A DNA stretch of 64,000 nt from the NCBI RefSeq assembly GCF_001194135.2, contig NC_068998.1:44282340-44346339 (forward strand), read 5' to 3'. The notes under the pieces were generated by a model that was not told where the DNA came from, searched no databases, and was given only the letters and a program-made list of their open reading frames with translations. Position numbers and translations under genes: made by a program. The stretch is from Octopus bimaculoides. Its lineage: Eukaryota. Of the stretch, positions 38,732-51,972 are shown one piece after another. Numbering within the stretch: position 1 is the first letter of the stretch; each line of letters opens with the position of its first letter.

Positions 38732-40479
38732 NNNNNNNNNNNNNNNNNNNNNNNNNNNNNNNNNNNNNNNNNNNNNNNNNNNNNNNNNNNNNNNNNNNNN
38801 NNNNNNNNNNNNNNNNNNNNNNNNNNNNNNNNNNNNNNNNNNNNNNNNNNNNNNNNNNNNNNNNNNNNNNNNNNNNNNNNNNNNNNNNNNNNNNNNNNNN
38901 NNNNNNNNNNNNNNNNNNNNNNNNNNNNNNNNNNNNNNNNNNNNNNNNNNNNNNNNNNNNNNNNNNNNNNNNNNNNNNNNNNNNNNNNNNNNNNNNNNNN
39001 NNNNNNNNNNNNNNNNNNNNNNNNNNNNNNNNNNNNNNNNNNNNNNNNNNNNNNNNNNNNNNNNNNNNNNNNNNNNNNNNNNNNNNNNNNNNNNNNNNNN
39101 NNNNNNNNNNNNNNNNNNNNNNNNNNNNNNNNNNNNNNNNNNNNNNNNNNNNNNNNNNNNNNNNNNNNNNNNNNNNNNNNNNNNNNNNNNNNNNNNNNNN
39201 NNNNNNNNNNNNNNNNNNNNNNNNNNNNNNNNNNNATATATATATATATATATATATACATAATTCAATTCAATTGTTATCGAAATCAGATTAGTAGCTG
39301 AAATGAAGACAATTTTTCTTGGTAGTTTATTGAGTTAATCTTGAAAATTTCCTCCCCTGTTATTCCATCTTAATATTTCCTTTATATTGATTCCAACTTA
39401 CTTGAATCCGATCTAAAGAACGCTATGAACTTCCCAAATAGCACATTCAGCTGTTTCTTTTGGAAAAAAGACTTAAAAAACACAAACCCAAACAATAAAA
39501 AGACAATTACTATTTGAACAAGCAGTTGTATATAAACGTGTGGCTCTAGTGACATAGTTAAGGAGCTCAAAAAGCGAGGGAGGTTCTATATAGCTGGTTC
39601 ATTTGCCCAGTCTTGAAATGGCTAGTCCATATTACTCTGTAAGGAGTATAGGTCCAGTTTACTTGTTTTTCTGGCAATGTAAAAAATAGCTATTGGCTCA
39701 TTGATGATGAATCTGCTGAAGATGATGATGATTAGGAGATGAAACAGTTGTGACAGTGACACAATAGAGACAGCTCTTACATCAAGCAGCATAGCAAAAA
39801 ACAGCCACAAACCAGTATCTGCACAGACACTTGACTAAGTAGAGAATATTTACCCAAAGTCTCTCAAATCACATTTGACTCCCCTTAAAAAAGGAAACCA
39901 AAAAGTAACTCCTTAGGGAATGTGATTGTAGACAGATTTTGTCAAAAATAAAAGTAAGAATAAAAATGACAGGAACCAATTTGATCGTAGATCAACCGGA
40001 TCAAGTTTTGACCTGGTGTTGTATAACATCTAAAGGACATTTTAGACAACTAGGAATAAACTGATTCTGACTTGAATCTGCTGTATAATTTTATTGATTT
40101 CAAGTAAATAATTAATTGAAAATCTAATTAGGCTGTATAAAAACTGCTAATAAGCTATGTTATATTATTTACTTCCTCAACAATAACAACAAAAGTTAAC
40201 TTTATTCATTAACAGAATGGCGACTGGAATGATGTAAATGAGTTTCCTACTTGCTTTTTCAAATAAGTTCATGACTTTTGTTGCAACAGTTGGTAATGTG
40301 GTGATTTATCTGTGTGTATACTTGGATGTTTCTTAACCTGTTGAATGTGAACCTGTATAAATGTATGGCATTTATGTATGTGTATAGACTCACAAATACG
40401 CACAGATTCACACACATATATACATTTATAGACACACACACACACACATATATATATAAATATATATATATATCCTTTT

Positions 40480-41240
40480 CTACTCTAGGTACAAGGCTCA
40501 AAATTTTAGGGGAGGGTCCAGTTGATTAGATCGATCCCAGTATGCAACTGGTACTTAATTTTTCGACCCTGAAAGTATGAAAGGCAAAGTCAACCTTGGC
40601 TGAATTTGAACTCAGAACGTAAAGACCGCTAAGCATTTCGCCCAGCATGCTAACGTTTCTGGGTGATCACTTTGAAGAATTTTAGTTGAACAAATCAACC
40701 CGAATACATTATTTTTAAGCCTGGTACTTATTCTATCAGTTCTTTTGCCAAACCGCTAAGTTACGCAGCAACACTAGTTGTCAAACGGTGGTGGGGGACA
40801 AATGCAGACACAAAAAGACACACTATATATATGACAAGGGACTAGGAGACATAGTGATTTGCTGTACTTGATAAGACACATCAAGCTGAGAAAAATCACT
40901 GTCTTCTACACATACAGGCTTCTCATTTCAGGTGTTGGTGCCACTTAAAAAGCACCTGTGCTGGTACTGCATAAACACACCTGTGCCGGTGCTGCATACC
41001 TGCACCCATGCCAGTGGCATGTAAAAATTAGCTAGCACTCCCTGTTAAGTGGTTGGCATTAGGAAGGGCATCCAGCCATAAAAATCCATGTCACAACAGA
41101 CAGTTGGAGTCTTGCCAGCTCCATATCAAATCATCTAATCCATGCCAGAGGGAAAGCACATGTTAAATGATGATAATAATGATATGTATGCGATGGGCTT
41201 CTTTCAGTTTCCATCTACCAAATCCACTCACAAAGCTTAC
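40480..41240. mobile_element. Nested SINE cluster: B (minus, ~40480-40655), A (minus, ~40660-40835, resuming ~41185-41240), C-type (plus, ~40840-41183)
   Basis: Group A is interrupted at its TA linker by a C-type element (gtggttggcattaggaagggcatccagcc..gttaaatgatgat) and resumes at gggcttctttcagtttccatctaccaaatccactcac. Confidence 0.7.
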
Positions 41241-41894
41241 TCATTTTATATGCAAATATATGATATAAACCTGTATACTCTGGTTTTTAGAATAGGTAGT
41301 CTGTATCCCTGTGTATTGTAAGAAACAACTGAAAAGACTGACATCAGGAAGGATGTCTAACCATGAAAGAATCCTTCAAAATATTCTGTCTAACCCATGC
41401 TGTCATGGAAAATTAGATGTAAAAGTGTTGATAATGATAGGAGTCAGGGATAATCTACCAAAAATGCAAAGCTGCTCATTTAAAGTTTACAGTTTTTCTT
41501 TGTGTTTATCAATAAAATCTTTTGTGATGCATGTGTATTTGATGAACAAATATAGACAGGTACAAAGATATATATACAGAGACAGAGATAGATAGATAAA
41601 TAGTTAGATAGATACACAAACATACAGACATGCACATGTATACATGTGGGAAGAACACAGACTTGCGTAGAGCAGTATTTTAAGGCCAGATGACCTTTGT
41701 ATCACCAATCCTTACCTGTTTCTCAAGTAAGGGAATTTTTTTCATTCCTCAGATCTTCAAAAGCACTAACCATCCAGTTGTAATGTTTACAAAGTATGTA
41801 AACAGATTGCAGTTTCACTCAGGCAGTGACAAGCGAAGGAATCTCAATATTTGCATGTATTTGTACACACACACACGCACACACACACACACAC

Positions 41895-42215
41895 ACATTG
41901 CTTTCCAACCACATGGTTCCACTATAGCCTCTGACTGACCAAAGCCTTGTGAGAGGATTTTGTTAACAGGAACTGAAAGCCTATCATATTTATGTGTGCG
42001 TGTGTGTGTCTTTGTGTCAGTGCTTGTCTCGCATCACAATTTGACAACCGGTGTTGGTGTGTTTACATCCCCATAACTTAGCAGTTTAGCAAAAGAGACT
42101 GATAGAATAAGTACTAGGCTTACAAAGAATAAGTCTTGGGGTCGATTTGCTCGACTAAAAAAAAAAAAGGCGGTGCTCCAGCATGGCCACAGTCAAATGA
42201 CTGAAACAAGTATAA
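41895..42215 (+). mobile_element. SINE group A, head partly deleted
   Basis: accaaagccttgtgag..gtgtttacatccccataacttagcag..ggcggtgctccagcatggccacagtcaaatgactgaaacaagta. Confidence 0.85.
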
Positions 42216-43086
42216 AGAAAAAAAAAAAACAAGGCTTTGATCAATCTGAGGTGACAATAGAAGGCTTTTATTCTTGGGGTTACACTGTGGAACTGAACCT
42301 GTAATTCTGTGCTTTTAAAAACGAATTTCTTAACCACGTACTTGCAGGAACACATGCATACATGTATGCATACATGAATGCACCCTCACACATGCAAATA
42401 TTTGAACGTACTATACACGATACTACATGCACAAACACACACATTTATGCAAGTATTGTAAATGTGAAAATACATGCAAATAAAAAAATATGCTTACAGA
42501 AACAAAGATTGTATACAGGCTATAACATGAACATGCACTCACAAACACACCATTACACATGCATGCAACAAGCACACACATACATACATACATGATGCTT
42601 ATAGGCGTACAGACATTGTATGTGTGATACTACACACAAACAGACTATCATTATAGAGTCATTCACTTGCCCTTGACTGCTTTTGAAAAAAATATTGTAT
42701 TAGTTTTCCAAATTGTTTCTCTATATACACTGAGCTAATAAACACTCACTGATTTCTACATACAGTAAATCAAGCCAATATCATTAACCATAGAACAAGA
42801 AAAAGACAAAAGAAATTGAAAACAGAAAATACAAGAAGAAATCGGTAAATTTAACTGGCTCTCTCTTGTTTAGCCGGTACCTTGTTTCAATATCAGATAA
42901 AAGTTCTTGACCTGTAAACTATATATAGTTAATTAATTTTCTCAAATTCAAACAAGATAGTTTAAATAGAAAAAATATAATTCATTTTGTTGTATTTGTT
43001 CTTATATTGAGAGTTACTTATTTTGTTAGTTTCTTTTAAATTAGTTATATATGCATAGCTATGTCTATGTATATATGTACCTGTAA

Positions 43087-43135
<49 letters not shown>

Positions 43136-43729
43136 CATACATAGACACATAAACATACTCATAGGCATTCACTTACTCATACATACATATGCGTATGTAT
43201 ATATTCGTGTATGTATGAGTGTGTGTGGGAAGGAAAATTTTTAATTTGATTTTTTGGTAAAGAATTCAATGCATAAAATAGGGAATAAGAACAATGCAAA
43301 TAAAAAGTCGAAAAGCAAGCTAAAAGACTATGCACTCTACAATGTTGGTAATGTCAAAATTAATAGAATTCTGTCTGTTACTTCGTTTACTTAGATTTTT
43401 GCCAATTTAATTACCTGGCATTTTGATACCTGAACTTGAACTTACTTTGACTACTACTACTACTGCTGCTGCTGCTACTACACCATCTCAGTGTTGAACA
43501 TCACAAAATTTGTATCTAGTTTCTTCATTTTCATATGTTGTATTAGAGATTTAAAGGAAATTTGGTTGCTATTTCTCCCAGATCAAGTGACCACCTAAAC
43601 CAGATAGAGGCAGTTTGTCACCTGCAGGACTTTCTGAATGATACACCTGAAAATATTACATTGATCTCATTGATCAGAGGGACAATGAATATCAGAAACA
43701 CAGCCCACTTCCTCCAGAACATGCCAATG

Positions 43730-43934
43730 TATGGGTGGGGGCTGAAAAGGTCCTGGCTTTCAGGGTATCATGAAAGGTCTGCTTGGAGGCCCAACCTTCC
43801 AAGGCTTAGAAAAACTGAAGGACCACTGTCACTGGTGTGTGAATCTGAGAGGGGAATATGTTGAAAAAAATCATAATTAACTGATTTTCCTATATTTTCT
43901 TTGTTCAAAGCCAGGAACATTTCAGCACTCCCTA
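43730..43934 (+). mobile_element. Mariner-family deletion derivative retaining the transposase C-terminus
   Basis: TIRs ..gctgaaaaggtcctggcttt / aaagccaggaacatttcagc..; interior 43803-43880 reads GLEKLKDHCHWCVNLRGEYVEK, resembling the mariner C-terminal GI.KL..RW.KCV...G.YVE. Confidence 0.8.
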
Positions 43935-44264
43935 AAAATTAGGTATTTGAAAAAAAAAAGAAAGAAATAGAGAGTGAGAGAGAAAGTGAGAAATAGAATG
44001 AAGAAGAGGAGGAAAGAGAGACACACACAGTGAGAAAGAGAGGAAGGGAGAGAGAGAAAGAGAGGAAGGGAGAGAGAGAGAGAGAGAGAGACTAACCTGA
44101 AGTTTTCAAAGAAAGCTAAAAGTTTTCAATAATTCCACTTCATCATTTTAAGGACATTTATTTATGCACAAATCAGTTAAAAATTATATTTAATATTTGT
44201 CTGTCTGTATATCTCCATTGATTAATAAAGATAATATATTGTGTGCCAGGTAACCCCCTAATCA

Positions 44265-44494
44265 TTAACCCTTTCATTATCGTATTTATTTTGAGATGCT
44301 CTGTGTTTCTTTCAATTAATTTTAAATATAACAAAGAATTTAGTAAAATAATCTAGTCATCATTAAGCTAGTTTTAGGAACATGAATTGTAATTAAGGTT
44401 TGGTGGAAGATTTTAATTCAGAACGTTTGAAAACAAGACATTTGTATTTCAGAGCCAGAGCTGGTTTCAGCCAGATTGGTATCGAAAGGGTTAA
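44265..44494. mobile_element. MITE family M2, complete
   Basis: TTAACCCTTTC ... GAAAGGGTTAA termini; body matches 7491-7721. Confidence 0.88.
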
Positions 44495-44506
44495 ATTAAT
44501 CATTTG

Positions 44507-44609
44507 TTAACCCTTTTGTTGAAGATTTTAATTTAGAACTTTTGAAAACAAGACATTTGTACTACAGAGCCAGAGGTAGTTTCAGCTGGGTTGGTATCGA
44601 AAGGGTTAA
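44507..44609. mobile_element. MITE family M2, ~100-bp internally deleted copy with both ends
   Basis: TTAACCCTTTT joined to gaagattt..agagccagag..ggtatcgaaagggTTAA, 12 bp from the complete copy. Confidence 0.8.
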
Positions 44610-44721
44610 AGGTTTTATGTTGTCCCCTATTATTGTTTATATGTGCCTTAGATGTGTATGCTAAAAGGCATTCTGGCCATGACTATTCTGTCTTTTCAGG
44701 CCTTGTGTCTTCGATCTTTTT

Positions 44722-45090
44722 ATCTTTTACTTATTTTGGTCACTAGACCATAGCCATGCTGGGGCACTGCCTTGAAGAATTTTTAGTGAAATGAATCAAC
44801 CCTAATACTTATTTCTTTTAACGCCTTGTACTTATTCTATCAGTTTCTTTTGCTGAACTGCAAAGTTACAGGGACATAAACCCACCAACACTGGTTGTCA
44901 AGCAGTGGTGGGTGGACAAATACACACACACACAAACACACAACAGGCTTCCTTCTGTTTCTGTCAACCAGATCCCCTCACAAGGCTTTGGTCAGCCCTA
45001 GTATAAGACATTTGCCTGAGGTGCTATGCAGTGGGACTGAACCCAGAACCATGTGGTTGGAAAACAAGCTTCTTACCATGCACCCACACT
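44722..45090 (-). mobile_element. SINE group A, older copy
   Basis: ttttacttattttggtcactagaccatagccatgctggggcactgccttgaag..cagtgggactgaacccagaaccatgtggttgg. Confidence 0.8.
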
Positions 45091-46077
45091 TGTGCTTTGT
45101 ATATCTAAAGTTACATTATCTAACCTCTTCTGGTCTTTTAAAAACATTAGTGTGCAATTTGAGGATAATTTGGCTGATATTTCTAACACATAGAAGAACT
45201 ATGAAGAGACTTTTTTAATTGGTAAATGGTATTGATGGAATTGATATTTCATAATTGGCCACTTCGTTTTACATTCTGAGTTGCTTCAGATGCTGCCAAA
45301 GTTAACTTTTATCTTTCCAAGGTCTCTAAAATAAGTAAGTGGTCTGCAAGTAGTGTTAGGTTGTTTATTAAATCAACAGTAACCTCAAAGGTAGTGTTCT
45401 AACATTGCCAAAGTCCAAAACTAGTAAAAGAATGAAAGAATATATCTGGAATGAAGCCTGCAACCAGAAACAATGGACAAGAGATTTCAAGACCGATAAA
45501 TTGCCTTCAGCAGAGAGCTAATTTTAACATTTGAAAGAGAATTATAGAACAAGAATGCCAAAGACTATCTTAAATAAAATTCCTTCAAATATTTATGTTA
45601 GAGACACAACTAAAAATTCTTTAGTTTCATAGCAAAAATTATATCAGTTTTTCTGTAATATTGTAAATCAATTCCAAAAGCACTTTTGCAATTTATTTTA
45701 TTAACAGACACTTGATTACTGATAGTTATAAAAAAAAGTGTTCTGTCTTTCTTTCTCTGTCTCTCCTTCTCTCTCCCCTTTCTCTTTTTCTCACATACAC
45801 ATGAAACAAATAATCAAAATATGAGCCAATGCGAGAACCTTTACATGGTCACTTAGCCTGCTGGAAATAGCACTAAAATCACATTCTATCATCTCAGAAG
45901 AGTAGGATGCATCGAATAATATGGTCCTAGGAAAATTACGAGATGTTCATTGTGAGAACAATCATAGGTTTGCTCAAACAGGTCTGACCAGGGGCTAAAC
46001 AACAACAACAAGCCATATTTTTCAGTTTCACAACAAAGAAAGTTGTACAAGTTTCTCTTCAATATTATAAATTGATT

Positions 46078-46300
46078 TTCAAGGCAGTGGGCTGGAAGAA
46101 TCGTTAGAGCATCGTGCAAAACAACTTTTAATATCTAGTTACGAACCCTTTGTTCTGAGTTCAAATCCTGTCGAGGTCAACTTTGGCTTTCATCCTTCTG
46201 GGATCAATAAAATAAAATATCAATCATGTACATAGGTTGATTGAATCGACTAACCCACTCCAGTACCATTCCATCTCCCAATATTAGAAATCAATATTAT
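46078..46300 (+). mobile_element. SINE group B
   Basis: aaggcagtgggctggaagaatcgttagagc..gttctgagttcaaatcctgtcgaggtcaactttggctttcatcc. Confidence 0.75.
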
Positions 46301-46444
46301 ATATTGATTCAATAACTCTTTTGCACTTTATTTTCATGAACAAATACCTGAGCAAAGATAGTTATGAACAAACATTTACACTCTCACACACAAATATACG
46401 ACATTGTAAGTAATACCAATGTAAACAACAATATCCATCTTACA

Positions 46445-47095
46445 TCTCTAACTTGTTTCAGTCATTAGACTGCAGCCACGCTGGGGCAACACCTTGAAGA
46501 ATTTTAGTCAGACAAATAAACCCCAGTGCTTATTTTTCTATTTTTTGGAAAGACAGGTATGTATTCTATCAGTCTCTTTTGCCAAACCACTCATCTACAG
46601 GGACATAACATACCAACACTTGTTCTCAAGTGGCAGTGGGTGACAAACACAGTCACAAACACAAAAAATTCATCATATAAACCATAGGCTTCCATACAGT
46701 TTCTTATTTCTTTATTGCCCACAAGGGGCTAAACATAGAGGGGACAAAAAAGGACAGACAAATGGATTAAGTCAATTATATCTACCCCAGTGTATAACTG
46801 GTACTTAATTCATCGACCCCGAAAGGATGAAAGGCAAAGTCGACCTCGGCGGAATTTGAATTCAGAACGTAACGGCAGATGAAATACTGCTAAGCATTTT
46901 TCCCGGCGTGCTTACGTTTCTGCCAGCTCGCTACCTTCTTTCAGTTTCTGACTACCAAATCCACTCACAAGGCTTTGGTGGCCTCAAGGCTATAGTAGAA
47001 CACATTTACTCAAGGTGCCACACAGTAGGATTGAACCTGGAGTGATGTGACTGGAAAGTAAACTTCTTACTACACAGCTATGCTTGCACCTATAT
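46445..47095 (-). mobile_element. SINE group A interrupted by a group B insertion
   Basis: A tail at about 46445-46703, A head at about 46938-47095, with an intact B element between them. Confidence 0.8.
46704..46937 (-). mobile_element. SINE group B, well-preserved copy with alternative 3' tail
   Basis: ttatttctttattgcccacaaggggctaaacatagagggg..atcgaccccgaaaggatgaaaggcaaagtcgacctcggcggaatttgaa..ctgccagctcgctacctt; flanked by duplicated cagtttc. Confidence 0.9.
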
Positions 47096-47272
47096 AACGA
47101 TAAATCGTTTTGAAAATTTAACGTAAAGTCAGTTAATGATTTGCAACTATGATATTACTAGAATTCCACTTAACCATTCTGGATGTTTATATTAATAAGA
47201 AATGTGAATAGAAAACTTATAGAATTGCGACTGGATTAAATAGAGTAAATATAAGACAAATGAAATGGTCGA

Positions 47273-47318
<46 letters not shown>

Positions 47319-47454
47319 TGTGTTGTGCCATTAAGATTCACCATTGAAGTGTCTCAGACAAATATAAATAATAATTAAAATGGGATAAAACAATAAAACT
47401 AATAGGAAATAGTTTTAAAGCAATTCCGTTTTTCTTTGCTATCTGACAAATAAA

Positions 47455-47618
47455 AACATGAATTTGTGTATTTGTATGTATGTATATAAAAAATGTGTAA
47501 TGTGATGTGTGTGTGTGTACGTGTGAGCACCCATGTGTGTCCATGTGTTTAAGTTTGTGTGTGAGTGCATGTAATCATAAACATGTGTGTATAAACTTTG
47601 CATGTATGTGTGTATATA

Positions 47619-47651
<33 letters not shown>

Positions 47652-47784
47652 GTATACATACATATGGATTATATATGTGTCTGTGTGTGTTTATATGTAT
47701 ACATATATATGTATGCATGTATGTATATATAAATATATCTATATATATATACATAGATATATATCTATTATATATGTGTGTGTA

Positions 47785-47819
<35 letters not shown>

Positions 47820-47866
47820 CTATATTTATAGATATATATAAACATAGATATACCTTTATGGATAAT

Positions 47867-47942
<76 letters not shown>

Positions 47943-48200
47943 ATGTATGTGTGTGTGTATATGGATAGATAGATATACACATATACACACTTAAATCTAT
48001 ACATATAAACATACATCACAGAAATTGTCAATTTCCTCACTAGACTTGAGATTGTTCAATGAATTTTCCATTTTCATAGACACAGTCAAGTATTTCTACT
48101 TTATTATTTCTGAAAGTTATCCATAATTCTTCTTTATTTATTGTTCTATTCCTGTTATTTCAATATACCATTTATATATTGTCTTGTGTGTGTTTAAGTA

Positions 48201-48235
<35 letters not shown>

Positions 48236-48254
48236 CTATATCTATATATATATG

Positions 48255-48291
<37 letters not shown>

Positions 48292-48295
48292 ATAT
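47455..48295. repeat. Compound (TA)n/(TG)n microsatellite field
   Basis: Read directly. Confidence 0.95.
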
Positions 48296-49361
48296 GACAT
48301 ATTTAATGAATTTCTGTGTTGTTGATAACTGTTTGTAACTCTTTATATGACTTTGGTATGGTTCCGTAAAAATTAATCCCCTGAAACGTTCAATGATTAT
48401 TTGTGGTGAGCAAGAAATGTGCTACATACATACACCAAGTATTGCATATATGTTAGTGTATTTACAAATCTCACACACACACATATACATATATCTATAT
48501 ATATGCATATATGTGTGTGTGTGTGTATGAAACATGTGTAGCCCAGATGTTATCTACTCCGTTCCTTAAGTCTTGTCTTTTACTCACAAGTCTCCTGGCT
48601 GCCTACCGTGAAATATAAAACAATTTTTTTCACCTTACCATAATTTAATATGAAAGAAATCCGCTACCTTCCACCTCTATAAACTACTATTGTTCCCGAA
48701 AGTTATTTTTTAATATTTTCTACGATTTGCTTGAAGCTCACCTTCTTCCTACACATTAACCCTTCGATGTTACTTTTATATATATATATATATATATNNN
48801 NNNNNNNNNNNNNNNNNNNNNNNNNNNNNNNNNNNNNNNNNNNNNNNNNNNNNNNNNNNNNNNNNNNNNNNNNNNNNNNNNNNNNNNNNNNNNNNNNNNN
48901 NNNNNNNNNNNNNNNNNNNNNNNNNNNNNNNNNNNNNNNNNNNNNNNNNNNNNNNNNNNNNNNNNNNNNNNNNNNNNNNNNNNNNNNNNNNNNNNNNNNN
49001 NNNNNNNNNNNNNNNNNNNNNNNNNNNNNNNNNNNNNNNNNNNNNNNNNNNNNNNNNNNNNNNNNNNNNNNNNNNNNNNNNNNNNNNNNNNNNNNNNNNN
49101 NNNNNNNNNNNNNNNNNNNNNNNNNNNNNNNNNNNNNNNNNNNNNNNNNNNNNNNNNNNNNNNNNNNNNNNNNNNNNNNNNNNNNNNNNNNNNNNNNNNN
49201 NNNNNNNNNNNNNNNNNNNNNNNNNNNNNNNNNNNNNNNNNNNNNNNNNNNNNNNNNNNNNNNNNNNNNNNNNNNNNNNNNNNNNNNNNNNNNNNNNNNN
49301 NNNNNTAAATGTTCTATATTATACACAGCCTTGGTCTTTTATCTCATTAAGAAAAGTAAAT

Positions 49362-49411
<50 letters not shown>

Positions 49412-49784
49412 CATCATCATCATCATCGTTTGTGGTATTTCAGTTACTCAGTCAAGTGAACTACCTCTGTTTTGAGGTGTGACTGAATATTTTTGAAATT
49501 TATTTAAATTTCATCCGTTTCCTAGGCTGGTTCACCATGACACAGTAACAAAGCTAGATTTTTGAAATACATGTAATAGACTGTCCAACAGAGTTTCAAC
49601 ATTTACAAGTGTTGCATATAAATGTGTATATATACATTTGTGAAACTGCACTACTAATATTGCAAGGTTGCACCTGCAACAACGTGCAGTCACTGTAGTG
49701 GAAACACATGCAGGTCATTATAATATCTGTATATAACTGTAAAATAAAAATGGTGGATGTACAAATTTCCGTACTCATTATTAT

Positions 49785-49789
49785 TATTA

Positions 49790-49841
<52 letters not shown>

Positions 49842-49945
49842 CATTATTATTATCATTATTATTATTATTGTTGTTGTTGTTGTTGTTGTTATTATTATTA
49901 TTGTCATCATTATTATTATCATCATTATTACTATTATTTTTATTA
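49785..49945 (+). repeat. (ATT)n/(GTT)n microsatellite
   Basis: Read directly; explains the poly-I/N/L ORFs. Confidence 0.95.
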
Positions 49946-49984
49946 TATACATACACACACGCACATAACATTTGACCCACAACA

Positions 49985-50165
49985 CATGTGCTATTCTACT
50001 TTCAATATGAGTCAGTTCACCTTTGCCACTGGTCTCTAACAGTGGCAAGATTAGCAACTTCAATGAATCTAATATTACATCTGGCGAGATTTTCATCCAC
50101 TTCTGAAATAAATTTTTGCAAAGCTTCTGTAACACATTAAGACTACGTAGATTGTTCATCGCCAT
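49985..50165 (-). pseudogene. Possible decayed Tc1/maT-like transposase C-terminal fragment
   Basis: LQKLCKNLFQKWMKISPDVILDSLKLLILPLLETSGKGELTHIE loosely resembles the Tc1/maT C-terminal L...W..I....L.....L.AV....GGH.E pattern. Confidence 0.35.
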
Positions 50166-51159
50166 TCAAAAGAATGATTGTTGCTATATTCAGACATCAT
50201 GAAGCTCCAGCAACACTATGAGGCCATGTAGCTAATTTGGGGGATTTAGAAGATTGACCAGTAGCATATTCCATCTTACAAATGCTCTTTTGACACAATT
50301 AAGCTGTGTAGATCGATTTTTTTTCTTTTTTTTTTTCCCCCACATGATTCAAATATTTCGGCTGTGATACATTTATATTCTCATAGCATGTCTATCATTC
50401 TCAGTCAAAATTAAACTTTCTGACCATAAAATGGTATTGTCTGGGCGAGTCTGTAGTCTTTCAATTAATCAGTCATTAGCTTACAGTATACACTCCTCAA
50501 AAAATCTCTTATATCAATGGAAAAAGTTTTCTATGGTGAGGACATGAGACTATCACATTGCAATAAAGATTAGAGGTTATCCTCCCTAATTAAATGAAAT
50601 TGAAAAATACAGAATTCATTGTTTTTATTCAGACATATATTATATGTGATATATAAAAAAAATATATGAGATAATAGTCAGCTACATATGAAAAATATAA
50701 AATCATATATCAGATATCATATATATATATATATATATATATNNNNNNNNNNNNNNNNNNNNNNNNNNNNNNNNNNNNNNNNNNNNNNNNNNNNNNNNNN
50801 NNNNNNNNNNNNNNNNNNNNNNNNNNNNNNNNNNNNNNNNNNNNNNNNNNNNNNNNNNNNNNNNNNNNNNNNNNNNNNNNNNNNNNNNNNNNNNNNNNNN
50901 NNNNNNNNNNNNNNNNNNNNNNNNNNNNNNNNNNNNNNNNNNNNNNNNNNNNNNNNNNNNNNNNNNNNNNNNNNNNNNNNNNNNNNNNNNNNNNNNNNNN
51001 NNNNNNNNNNNNNNNNNNNNNNNNNNNNNNNNNNNNNNNNNNNNNNNNNNNNNNNNNNNNNNNNNNNNNNNNNNNNNNNNNNNNNNNNNNNNNNNNNNNN
51101 NNNNNNNNNNNNNNNNNNNNNNNNNNNNNNNNNNNNNNNNNNNNNNNNNNNNNNNNNNN

Positions 51160-51207
<48 letters not shown>

Positions 51208-51282
51208 GGTAGGTAGGTAGGTGTGTGTGTGTCAGATATCATTATTACCATCGTTATTTTAACGTCCAATTTCCAATACTTG

Positions 51283-51535
51283 TTATGATGATGAGGGTTC
51301 CAGTTGAAATTAACATGCAAGTGGCTGAGTATTCCATAGACATGTGTACCCTTTACATAGTTCTCCACAAGATTCAGCATGACACAGAGTTTGCCAACTT
51401 ATTTTTGCTAGATAAGTGCACTGGAGCAATGTGAAATAAAGAGTCTTGCTCAAGGACAGAACACGCTGCCAGAAAACGAACTCATGACCTTATGATCATG
51501 AGTTGAATACATTAACCACTACTCCACATGCCTTC
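51283..51535 (-). mobile_element. SINE group F, degenerate
   Basis: gagggttccagttg..gtggctgagtattccatagacatgtgtacc..ctggagcaatgtgaaataaagagtcttgctcaaggaca..taaccactactccacatgcctt. Confidence 0.8.
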
Positions 51536-51599
51536 GCATCCCTGTTTTAATACAGTAATAATCTACAGCAAGTCGCCCTCATTAAACTTAGTTTGAATT

Positions 51600-51972
51600 C
51601 AGTTCTATATTTAAGAGATGAGGAATTTTGAACATCATTTACATTATTTGCATTTGATGGATATTTGTCCTCATCTTGTTTGTCGTTAACACAACGTTTC
51701 GGCTGATATACCCTTCTGCCTTCATATGCCCACAGGCATATGGTGTAGTGGTTAAGAGCGCAGGCTACTAACCCCAAGATTTCAAGCTCGATTCCAGGCA
51801 GTGACCTGAATAATAATAATAATAACATTGAAAAATACCTTAGGAATGAGAACCCAGGTTGGAAATTTCCCCAAGACACCTGATAAAGGCTGGAGGGTAT
51901 ATCAGCTGAAACGTGTTAACAACAAACAAGATGAAGACAAATATCTGTCAAATGTAAATAATGTAAATAATG
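51600..51972 (+). mobile_element. tRNA-headed, hammerhead-bearing element with Penelope-style inverted end
   Basis: 12-bp direct repeat ttagtttgaatt at 51588-51599 and 51973-51984; inverted arms 51631-51725 / 51883-51974; tRNA-like head at about 51735-51805 (TGGTGTAGTGG, GCTCGATTCC). Confidence 0.8.
51875..51920 (+). ncRNA. Minimal hammerhead ribozyme motif, mutated in this copy
   Basis: GACAC CUGAUAA A GGCUG-gagggtatat-CAGCU GAAA CGU; the inverted arm preserves AUGA..CAGCC GAAA CGUU GUGUU, implying an ancestral CUGAUGA core. Confidence 0.6.
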
